This document shows positions 19,589-27,927 of a stretch of 64,000 nt of DNA, one piece after another. Origin of the DNA: an uncultured candidate division Zixibacteria bacterium (lineage in GTDB: Bacteria > Zixibacteria > MSB-5A5 > UBA10806 > 4484-95). The notes under the pieces are model-generated. The model was not told where the DNA came from, searched no databases, and saw only the letters and a program-made list of their open reading frames with translations. Every line of letters begins with the position of its first letter. The first letter of the stretch is position 1. The position numbers and the translations under genes are program-made. The stretch is taken from contig CAXXKA010000008.1 in the NCBI GenBank assembly GCA_963668625.2, positions 992,001 through 1,056,000 on the forward strand. The letters are read 5' to 3'.

Positions 19589-20812
19589 ATGAAACCGGAA
19601 CCGATCATAAAATTTCTTAAAGCTTTCGATTTAAATACTTACGAGGCTAAGTGCTATCTGGCGCTTTTAAAACGTGATAACTTGTCGGCTGCCGAAGTAG
19701 CTAAGTTATCCGGGGTCCCCAGGGCGCGGGTGTATGAGATTCTCGACAATCTTATGGACAGAGGTTTTTGCCATTTGGTCGCGGGACAAGTGAAAAAATT
19801 CAGGGCGGCGAGTCCGCTGGTTTTTCGTGATCTGGTAGAACAGAAACATGAAAAAACCAAAATTGAAATCGATCGACAAGAAGAATCGCTTAAATCCAAT
19901 ATTGTGGGTAGAAAACAGAAATTAAATTCCGCAATTGAGCAAAAAAAGCAAGAGTTCGCTTCTAAAGTAGAACAAGAGAGGCAGAAATACGACTCTGAAA
20001 TAAAACGAAAAACAGAGGAATTCAACTCCGAGATGGAGCGAAAAAAGCAAGACTTCGACTCTGGAATCGAGCGAAAAATAAAGGAATTTAATTCGCGAAT
20101 CGAGCGGGAAACCGAAAGGGTTGATGCCGTAATCATGCGGGAGAAAAAGAAATTCGATTCCGAAGCTGAAAAAGAAAAACGAGAAATCGAATCGCTAAAG
20201 AAAAATGTGGAAAATGTTGTCGAAACTTTCGTAGAGACTTATAAAAAAGGCCGTATGAACACCGCCCCTCTTGATTACATCGAAATCTTAAGAGAGCCTA
20301 CGCAGATTTTTAATAAATTCATGCAGTTTGAAAAAAAGGCCCAGCATGAAGTTTGCGCCTTTATAAGGACAAGTTACAGTAGTGCCAGACCTTCGCTGGA
20401 ACTCGCGAAAAAATATGATAAGGCTGAAAAAGACCTGAGGTTTAATTTGCTTAAAAAGGGTGTAAAGTACAGAGTTATATATGAAGCGCCAGGTTTAGAT
20501 AAGTCTATTATAGATAAGTCCCAGCTTGACAAAGAAACGATTATTAAATTTTCCAAGTGTAATGATAAATTGGCCGAAGCCGGCGAGGAAGCTAAAACAT
20601 TACCGGAATTGCCAATGGTTATGTCTATCTGGGATTCCAAAGCCTTTGTGGTCTTGCTCAACGATCCGGTTTCCGGGGAACCGACTCATACCTCGTTGTT
20701 CATTGAGCATCCGGCGATGGCGCAGAGCATGAAAATAGTATTCGAAGCGTTCTGGGCGAAGGCCGAAGACCGTCAAGTTTGGAAAGAACGCGAACATAAA
20801 AAATTGAAATAA
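19589..20812 (+). CDS. TrmB-family regulator with an expanded 11-residue-repeat coiled-coil insert
   Basis: FDLNTYEAKCYLALL...GVPRARVYEIL wHTH; repeats KQEFASKVEQE/RQKYDSEIKRK/TEEFNSEMERK/KQDFDSGIERK; C-terminal LPMVMSIWD...FEAFW. Confidence 0.9.
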   Translation: MKPEPIIKFLKAFDLNTYEAKCYLALLKRDNLSAAEVAKLSGVPRARVYEILDNLMDRGFCHLVAGQVKKFRAASPLVFRDLVEQKHEKTKIEIDRQEESLKSNIVGRKQKLNSAIEQKKQEFASKVEQERQKYDSEIKRKTEEFNSEMERKKQDFDSGIERKIKEFNSRIERETERVDAVIMREKKKFDSEAEKEKREIESLKKNVENVVETFVETYKKGRMNTAPLDYIEILREPTQIFNKFMQFEKKAQHEVCAFIRTSYSSARPSLELAKKYDKAEKDLRFNLLKKGVKYRVIYEAPGLDKSIIDKSQLDKETIIKFSKCNDKLAEAGEEAKTLPELPMVMSIWDSKAFVVLLNDPVSGEPTHTSLFIEHPAMAQSMKIVFEAFWAKAEDRQVWKEREHKKLK

Positions 20813-20857
20813 ATCAGTGGTAATAAATAAAGTCGCCGAGCGTAAACGCCCGGCGAT

Positions 20858-21023
20858 AAGGACGATAACGACCTTTCTTGTCGAAAGGTGTAATCATCCC
20901 AATACTAAACAAAAGAAATCAGGTAAGCAAGGCAAATTTGGTAATTGAAAAAGAGAGGAGAGACAATCGCTGATTAATTATTAATCGCAAAAGGACGATA
21001 ACGGCCTTTCTTGATGGAAAGGT
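20858..21023. repeat. Two-copy direct repeat with a conserved hairpin
   Basis: AAGGACGATAACGACCTTTC-TTGTC-GAAAGGT (20858-20889) and AAGGACGATAACGGCCTTTC-TTGATG-GAAAGGT (20991-21023). Confidence 0.75.
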
Positions 21024-21138
21024 ACAAACGATAACGCTTCAAATCAGAAAAATCTAAAAATAGTCACGGCCCCGCAATTTTAAAAGCGGGGGGTGTGTAA
21101 ATCTATCATTTAAGTTATTAGCGAATGGTGTTGGAAAT

Positions 21139-23463
21139 ATGAGAAATACAAAAAAGCAATCCATGATTGGGTTAGTCCTGGTATTGATGTTCCTGGCTAT
21201 TCCCAGTCTGACTTTTGCCGATGGCGCCTGCTGTACCTCTAGCGGATGCGTGGAGGTTGCGGACGTTACGACCTGCTTAATGTCTAATGGAGTCTGGATT
21301 GGTGAGGGCACGAGTTGCTCGGACGATCCTCCACCCTGCAACGGTGCCTGCTGCACCGGTGAAGGATGCGTAGATAATCTTGATGTTACGACTTGTATGA
21401 TGACTTACTCCGGCCTGTGGATGGGCCCGAATACATCATGCAGCGATCCCGATATTTGCAGTGGCGCGTGCTGTATTGGTACGTCCTGCCAATTTATCAC
21501 CGAAACAGAGTGTGCTAACCTTTCCGGAAGCTTCTCCGGTTTTGGCATAACCTGTGATCCGAACCCATGTGTTCAGCCAACCGGCGCCTGTTGTACCCTG
21601 GAGGGGTGCGTAGCCGATGTTGATGCAATGACCTGCGCGGTGGTTTACTCCGGCGTGTGGATGGGATCCGAGACATCATGCAGTGACCCTGACCTATGCT
21701 CAGGCGCTTGCTGTATAGCCGATACCTGCCAGGTTATGGATCCAGCCCTATGTAGTCAACTCAATGGAGATTTTGCGGGCTATGGTTCGGGCTGCTTCCC
21801 TGATCCCTGCGGCCCTACTGGTGCCTGTTGTCTGCAGACGCCAGTTGGCGCATTCTGCACGGATATGACCGAAGAACAATGTGTCTTGATGGGCGGTTCC
21901 GCTACTTATCACGGTGATGGTACCTTCTGCGATGGTATTGACGGTGACGGTAATGGCGTGCCGGATCTCTGCGAAGATCTCGAAGGTGCTTGCTGTATTG
22001 GTGAAGATTCGTGCTTATTCGTTACCGATTCAGAATGCCAATTGGCCGGTGGCGAATTCAAAGGAATTGGTACTGACTGTTCGGATATGAACTCGAACGG
22101 TGTCGCCGACGTTTGCGAAAACAGTACGGAAGGCGGCGCTTGCTGTACTTTCATGCAGGGTTGCGTGGATGTTGCCGATCAGGCGACTTGCGAAGGCGAT
22201 CCTTATTTGGGTCAGTGGATGGGCGCCGGCACTAGTTGTTCGGACGATCCTCCTCCTTGTAATGGCGCTTGCTGTACGGAAACCGGTTGTGTCGATAATG
22301 TCACTGCTATGACCTGTCTGTCAGCTCATGCCGGACAGTTCGTTGGTGCCGGCACTAGTTGTTCGGACGATCCTTCTCCATGTAACGGCGCCTGTTGTAC
22401 GGATGAGGGATGCATTGATGGTATTGATGCTATGACTTGTATGACTACATATTCAGGTCAATTTATGGGCGCGGGTACGTCATGTAGCGACCCGGGTATT
22501 TGCAGCGGTGCCTGCTGTACCGGTGAGACCTGTCAATTTGTTACCCAAACAGAATGTAGCAATTTGTCCGGAACCTTCTATGGTTATAACACGACCTGTG
22601 ATCCGAATCCATGTATCCAGCCAAGCGGCGCTTGCTGCACTCCTGAGGGATGTATAGCGGATGTAAGCGGAATAACCTGTGCGACGGTTTACTCCGGCAT
22701 GTGGATGGGACCAGGATCATCATGCAGCGACCCTAACCCTTGTGTGGGCGCTTGTTGTATAGATGATAGCTGTCAGGTATTGGATCCAGGTGAATGTAAT
22801 CTCCTCGGTGGGGAATTCCTTAATTACGGCTCGGGCTGCGATTTTAATCCCTGTGGCCCTACTGGAGCTTGTTGCACAGAGTTTCCCGTGATCACTATCT
22901 GCTCAGATATGACAGAAGAAGGATGCGCGGCGTTAGGTAGTGTCGCAACGTTCCATGGCGTTGGCACTTATTGTGATAATATTGACGGTAACTCAAACGG
23001 TATCCCGGATATCTGCGAGGATCTCGAAGGCGCTTGCTGTTACAGCGATGGTTCTTGCATGATGCAAACCGATGAGGATTGCCAACTGGACGGTGGCGAG
23101 TTCAAGGGGATTGGCACTGACTGTAGTACCCCGGATATTTGTCCAGCGCCTCCCGGTTTAGATTATCTCCCCGGTGATGCCAACATGGCTGCCGGCTCGT
23201 GGCCGCCGAACGTAATCGGCGCTGATGTCACCTACCTGGTGAACTATTTCCGGGCTATTGCCGCGCCATGTTTACTGGATGGTTTCTATACCTCCGGCGA
23301 TGCTAACGGTGACTGCTCGGTAATCGGCGCTGATGTCACTTACCTGGTACAATATTTCCGAGGCGCGAACGAATTACATTTCTGCCCGGACTATCAACCA
23401 TCCTGGTCTGGCAGCGGCGATTTACCGACCGAGGCTCCCGATGGTTGGCCGAATTGCGAATGA
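21139..23463 (+). CDS. Secreted cysteine-rich GACC-repeat protein with Ca-binding-like DxxNGxxDxCE motifs and dockerin-like C-terminus
   Basis: Signal peptide; 15 GACC-initiated repeats of about 40 aa; DGDGNGVPDLCE, DMNSNGVADVCE, DGNSNGIPDICE; tail YLPGDANM...APDGWPNCE. Confidence 0.85.
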   Translation: MRNTKKQSMIGLVLVLMFLAIPSLTFADGACCTSSGCVEVADVTTCLMSNGVWIGEGTSCSDDPPPCNGACCTGEGCVDNLDVTTCMMTYSGLWMGPNTSCSDPDICSGACCIGTSCQFITETECANLSGSFSGFGITCDPNPCVQPTGACCTLEGCVADVDAMTCAVVYSGVWMGSETSCSDPDLCSGACCIADTCQVMDPALCSQLNGDFAGYGSGCFPDPCGPTGACCLQTPVGAFCTDMTEEQCVLMGGSATYHGDGTFCDGIDGDGNGVPDLCEDLEGACCIGEDSCLFVTDSECQLAGGEFKGIGTDCSDMNSNGVADVCENSTEGGACCTFMQGCVDVADQATCEGDPYLGQWMGAGTSCSDDPPPCNGACCTETGCVDNVTAMTCLSAHAGQFVGAGTSCSDDPSPCNGACCTDEGCIDGIDAMTCMTTYSGQFMGAGTSCSDPGICSGACCTGETCQFVTQTECSNLSGTFYGYNTTCDPNPCIQPSGACCTPEGCIADVSGITCATVYSGMWMGPGSSCSDPNPCVGACCIDDSCQVLDPGECNLLGGEFLNYGSGCDFNPCGPTGACCTEFPVITICSDMTEEGCAALGSVATFHGVGTYCDNIDGNSNGIPDICEDLEGACCYSDGSCMMQTDEDCQLDGGEFKGIGTDCSTPDICPAPPGLDYLPGDANMAAGSWPPNVIGADVTYLVNYFRAIAAPCLLDGFYTSGDANGDCSVIGADVTYLVQYFRGANELHFCPDYQPSWSGSGDLPTEAPDGWPNCE

Positions 23464-23539
23464 ACTCTCTGATTTGAGTAATTAAACTCAGCTACTACTT
23501 CTTGAAAAGTGCTCTAACACTTTGACCTTGATCTACGAT

Positions 23540-23567
23540 AGGCGGCCTTAACGGGCCGCCTTTTTCA
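23540..23567 (+). terminator. Rho-independent terminator
   Basis: AGGCGGCCT-TAAC-GGGCCGCCT-TTTT. Confidence 0.75.
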
Positions 23568-23578
23568 TGTCAACAATA

Positions 23579-23762
23579 CGGTAACAACTGCGGTATATCT
23601 GTGGTAATCTCTGATGCTTTATGGTGTCGAAAGGTGTAGATCGGATTTATTGCAATTCGCTATCAATCAACAGAGTAAGTTTAATACCAATAATTTAGCA
23701 AAATAGCATGAATAGGAATCATAATCCTCGTGTCCGGGGTTTGAGTCCCTGCTCCGCTACTT
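23579..23762 (+). mobile_element. attR-like site: arm-type repeats plus duplicated 3' half of tRNA-Met(CAT)
   Basis: 23714-23762 matches the tRNA-Met locus at 37588-37636 with 2 mismatches in the T-loop; preceded by CGGTAACA/CGGTATAT/TGGTAATC repeats like those at 37706-37724. Confidence 0.8.
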
Positions 23763-23910
23763 GTCTTTCAATAATTAGGGATTAGCCTATATTTAGTTTA
23801 GTGCTCAATTATATATGACTGTGAGGTTTTAGCTTGCCCACCCTATTGGTGGGTTACCTGTTGAAAGGCTAACCTTTTCGATAGAAAATGAGGTAGATTT
23901 CCCGTTCATA

Positions 23911-24540
23911 ATGGGTAAAATACAGGATATTATTGATCCAGATTTTCCCAAACAAACAGGAGTTGAAAACAGGTATAAGATAATTGACCAGCCGTTTGTC
24001 AATGAGGTTGGCCTATTTAAACAAGCCATCAATATTGGTGAATTCGGATGGTATTTTATACAATTTCCCGAGAAAACGGTCTTTCAAAAATTAATTGTCC
24101 AGCCAGGCGAATTGGATATGGATTTATATATAAGCCGCGATAATAATTGCCTGCTATATAGCTTCTATAACTCAAGTACCAATAAAATAACAATCACAGG
24201 AAAAATTGTCCCAGATACTCGATCAATATACTCAAAAATTAAAGATAACATAGATGACCTCGAGTTGCGGCAATACTATTTGAATTCCAGCCTTGCGAAA
24301 ACAATTGAGGCCGAACAAATGGCAGAATCTGTTCCTGAGTTGATGAACATGGAAGAAGCAGCCAGATATCTCGGAATTGAGGAAAAGACATTGTACAACT
24401 GGGTTAGTGCTGAAAAAATACCAGTGACTAAAGTTGGCGGCAGGAATAAATTCCGTAAGGAATTTCTCGATAACTGGTTGGATCAACAAACCGGCGTAAA
24501 GGGGAAAAAGCGACTGGCAAAGCGCCGCAGAAGGAAATAA
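23911..24540 (+). CDS. Protein with C-terminal excisionase-like (MerR/HTH_17) DNA-binding domain
   Basis: ELMNMEEAARYLGIEEKTLYNWVSAEKIPVTKVGGRNKFRKEFLDNWL. Confidence 0.75.
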   Translation: MGKIQDIIDPDFPKQTGVENRYKIIDQPFVNEVGLFKQAINIGEFGWYFIQFPEKTVFQKLIVQPGELDMDLYISRDNNCLLYSFYNSSTNKITITGKIVPDTRSIYSKIKDNIDDLELRQYYLNSSLAKTIEAEQMAESVPELMNMEEAARYLGIEEKTLYNWVSAEKIPVTKVGGRNKFRKEFLDNWLDQQTGVKGKKRLAKRRRRK

Positions 24541-24679
24541 CATGTGCCAGATTTGTGCAAAAAGGGGTATGAAAACGGGTGAAATTCAAGGAAAACCAAG
24601 GAAACAATAAAAGTCCATAAATAGCCGTAAGATGTTATCCTGCAGTGTAATACGTTGGTTTTTAAGGGAAATAAAAAAG

Positions 24680-24754
24680 CGGGGTTGACGAGACTCGAAC
24701 TCGCGACCTCCTGCGTGACAGGCAGGCGTTCTAACCAAACTGAACTACAACCCC
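24680..24754 (-). tRNA. tRNA-Asp (GTC), CCA not encoded
   Basis: GGGGTTGTAGTTCAGTTTGGTTAGAACGCCTGCCTGTCACGCAGGAGGTCGCGAGTTCGAGTCTCGTCAACCCCG folds as a cloverleaf. Confidence 0.95.
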
Positions 24755-24788
24755 GTAGAGTAATCTATTTTAAAGAACAAGCCCTGGA

Positions 24789-25043
24789 TTAATTATCGGA
24801 ATTAGGTTCGGGTTCTACAACCCCGGTGGCTTCATCCGTACTTTTGACTTTCTTGCCGTATAGTATGGCCAGAGGCAATACTGCGCAATAACCCAGAACG
24901 AGCAAAATCGGAGCGCCGGTGATATCACCGACACTTAGAAGGATGTAACCAATTACGATCAATCCCAAACCAACCGCCAACAGGATATAGTTGATTTTGG
25001 TAAATCCAAGAGATTCTTCTGATTTCTTCGATTTCCGTGCCAT
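24789..25043 (-). CDS. Small two-TM membrane protein (DUF3098-like)
   Basis: Probable start MARKSKK; LGFTKINYILLAVGLGLIVIGYILL...APILLVLGY...AIL. Confidence 0.65.
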   Translation of the reverse strand: MARKSKKSEESLGFTKINYILLAVGLGLIVIGYILLSVGDITGAPILLVLGYCAVLPLAILYGKKVKSTDEATGVVEPEPNSDN

Positions 25044-25160
25044 TAAACCAACCCGGTTAACTCGTTTGAACCCTAATTTTGCAACAATCGAAGTTAAATA
25101 ATTATTGATAAAAGTCAAGCAATATTTCTAACATATTATGAAACTTATAATTCCGGCGTT

Positions 25161-26614
25161 CTATTCGGGTTTCCCTCGCGCGGAAATCAGCCTTAATATC
25201 AAGTCCAGATCTTCCCGCCCTAAGCCCTTTGACAGGATCAACACTAATAGAAATGACAACGCTCCACAGACTATTCTCAGCAATACCTGCAAGTTTTCTG
25301 ATAGAACGAGCACTAAAGTCATTGCCACAAGCGCTGGAATCAGTTTTAACAACCAGCGTAATACCTTACTGATACTCAGGTTATGACCAATCATCACGAA
25401 AAAGCCAACGCCTGTTAGAGCCTCCGAAATAAGGGTGGCTATAGCAGCCCCCTGAAAACTATACCGGGGTATAAAAATGAAATTAAGCCCGATATTAAGT
25501 ACTGCCCCGACCGCAGTTATATACATCAGGGAGCGTTTCCAGTTACTGGCGATCATATATGAACTCTGTATAGAATTAATGAACATCAGCACCAGAGCCC
25601 AGATAAGTATTTTCAGCGAGATAACACCCGGCAAATACGATTCCGGGTATACCATCTCATATAGCGAACCGGCGATAAAGACCGTACCGAGAGCCACGGC
25701 CAGGCCCAAATACATCAGATATTTGAAACCGATACGGTATATGTTGTTCATGCTGGTTTTATCAGCATTGAAATATCCCGAAAGCCTGGGCAATATCGCA
25801 GCTGAAAACGAAGTCGATACCATCAACATGCCGTTAATAAGCGCGTAAGCCGAGTTATAATAACCAACTGCCTGATCGCCTTTCATTAATGACAACATGA
25901 CAAAGTCGGCGCGATAATAGATTGTCATCAAAACGGCCGTAACAGCCAGCGGCAAAGCCGATTTGACGAAAGCAACCGGCTCGGTCAAACCGACTTGGAA
26001 AGATAAACGGCATACCCTCACGTTAACTACTATCGCGATGGTCAGTGTAGCTATCGTGGCGCTAACGAGATGAGCAACACCTATGCCAAGCAAACCATAG
26101 CCTAATATCAGCGCCGTAAACCCCAGCAGTGTCAGCATGAGCTGGGTGAGCATGGCCAGCATACCGTAGAGGCGGAAACGCTCATAGCCCAATAAAGTCG
26201 CAGAGAAACCGCCCATCATGAAATTTACCCCCATAGCCATAGCAGCGAATCGCATGAACTGTTTTACGGTATCCGGTTTATTTATATAGTATGATAATGC
26301 GAATGCGATACCAACAACGATCACTATGGTAAACAGCCGGGCTATAATCGAGCTGCCGATTAGCCTGCCGACCTCGGTTTTATCTTTTATGAATGCAATT
26401 TGCCGGGATTGATATGTATTTAGGCCCTTATCGGAAATTACCGCCAGAAGAACCAACAGCGAGAGAACGAAACCATACTGACCGAACACCTCCACCCCGA
26501 GCACACGAGCGGCATAGATGGTAAAAAAAAACCTAGAAGTTTTATAACTATCTGAGAGGAAAGCAGGATTATGGAATTTCTCGCCAGGCTGGATTTCCCG
26601 CCGACATCATTCAC
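25161..26614 (-). CDS. Wzx-type oligosaccharide flippase with a 1-nt frameshift in a homopolymer at 26523-26531
   Basis: GTG 26614 gives MNDVGGKSSLARNSIILLSSQIVIKLLGFF; one extra T restores FTIYAARVLGVEVFGQY, in frame with the 447-aa polytopic ORF (IYYRADFVML...VGYYNSAY). Confidence 0.8.
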
Positions 26615-27185
26615 CGAAAAGCTCCGTTTCGATTATATCGATTAAGATATGGCCAACTGCAATATGAGATTCCTGTATATATTGCACCACCTCTGTGGGT
26701 ATGACCAAGCATTTGTCGGCTAACTCTACCAGCTTGCCGCCATCCCCACCGGTGAATCCTATCGTGTTGATATCAAGCTCTTTTGCTTTCTCCACGGCCT
26801 TTATCACATTAGATGAGTTGCCGGAGGTCGAGATAGCAATCAAGATATCTCCGGGCTTGCCTAATGCCTCCACCTGACGGCTGAAAATATGATCGAAACC
26901 GTAATCGTTCGAGCAGGCTGTCAGTATCGAGGTGTCGGTGGTCAGGGCGGTTGCAGCTAATGCTCTACGCTCCCTTTTCGAGGAGAGTCTTACAACCAGC
27001 TCTGTTGCCAGATGCTGGCTATCAGCCGCCGACCCCCCATTGCCGCAAAGCATGATCTTGCCGCCACCAGAGAGCGATTGGGCGCATAGCTTACCGATTT
27101 CGAGTATCAACCCGGCCTGATCCGCAGCGATCATCTCTTTAACTTTCGCTGATTGAAACAATTGCCTTTGTATTTTATTGATCAT
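26607..27185 (-). CDS. gmhA: D-sedoheptulose-7-phosphate isomerase
   Basis: CGNGGSAADSQH, NDYGFDHIFSRQVEALG, ISTSGNS, IQESH; start trimmed to MINKIQ. Confidence 0.92.
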   Translation of the reverse strand: MINKIQRQLFQSAKVKEMIAADQAGLILEIGKLCAQSLSGGGKIMLCGNGGSAADSQHLATELVVRLSSKRERRALAATALTTDTSILTACSNDYGFDHIFSRQVEALGKPGDILIAISTSGNSSNVIKAVEKAKELDINTIGFTGGDGGKLVELADKCLVIPTEVVQYIQESHIAVGHILIDIIETELFGE

Positions 27186-27189
27186 ATTC

Positions 27190-27927
27190 CTATTTCCAAT
27201 GCAAAGCCTCCGTGAACCTTTTCGCCAGCGAGGGATCGCGTTCCAATGCGTTACCAACGACAACCATCGAGGCGCCCGCTTCAGCCAATTTGCCGGCATA
27301 CTCGGGATCGGTGATACCACCGCCGACCATCACCGGTATATCGACATATTCACCTACTGCAGTAACCATATCCTCGGGCACCGGATACAACGCCCCTGAG
27401 CCTGCCTCCAGATAGATAAGTTTCATCCCCAGGTATTGCCCGGCCAGGGCATGAGCGCAGGCGATCTCAGGCTTATCACGAGGGATCGGTAAGGTATTCG
27501 AGAGATACGACACCGAGGTTAACACGCCTGATTCGATCAACATATAGCCTGTCGGGATAGTTTCCAGGTTCAGAGCTTTAATCATCGGAGCCGATTTAAC
27601 GTGCTCCTCTATAAGAAGATTCGGATTTCGTCCTGAAATAAGCGAGAGATACAGGATAGCATCGGCATTAGCGCAAACATTGGAGGATGAGGCCGGGAAT
27701 AATATCACCGGTTTATCCGTAGCTTTTTTCACCTCGGATAAGGTGTGCTCGAATTTGTTTGCCATCATAAGGGATGAGCCGAACAGGAAAGCATCCGCGC
27801 CGGCGTTCTCGTAATCGGAAACCAGAGATATTAAATCATCGCCCGATTTACGGTCGGGATCAAGAAGTACAAGAAAGCAACAACCATGACGCTCTCTTGC
27901 TTTCAATAAACTATCATAAACTGTCAT
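27190..27927 (-). CDS. pcrB: Geranylgeranylglyceryl/heptaprenylglyceryl phosphate synthase (GGGPS/PcrB family, group II-like)
   Basis: LLDPD, LSLISGRNP, PTGYMLIESG, IYLEAGSGA, VGGGI, GASMVVVGN. Confidence 0.88.
   Translation of the reverse strand: MTVYDSLLKARERHGCCFLVLLDPDRKSGDDLISLVSDYENAGADAFLFGSSLMMANKFEHTLSEVKKATDKPVILFPASSSNVCANADAILYLSLISGRNPNLLIEEHVKSAPMIKALNLETIPTGYMLIESGVLTSVSYLSNTLPIPRDKPEIACAHALAGQYLGMKLIYLEAGSGALYPVPEDMVTAVGEYVDIPVMVGGGITDPEYAGKLAEAGASMVVVGNALERDPSLAKRFTEALHWK

Noticed and set aside
20858-21023. Possible mini CRISPR array
   Set aside because: Only two imperfect copies about 100 bp apart and no cas genes
21139-23463. Multiheme cytochrome or ferredoxin
   Set aside because: No CxxCH or CxxCxxC motifs; Cys spacing and the signal peptide fit disulfide repeats
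23690-23762. Second functional tRNA-Met
   Set aside because: Lacks the 5' acceptor strand and D-arm, and the T-loop is mutated
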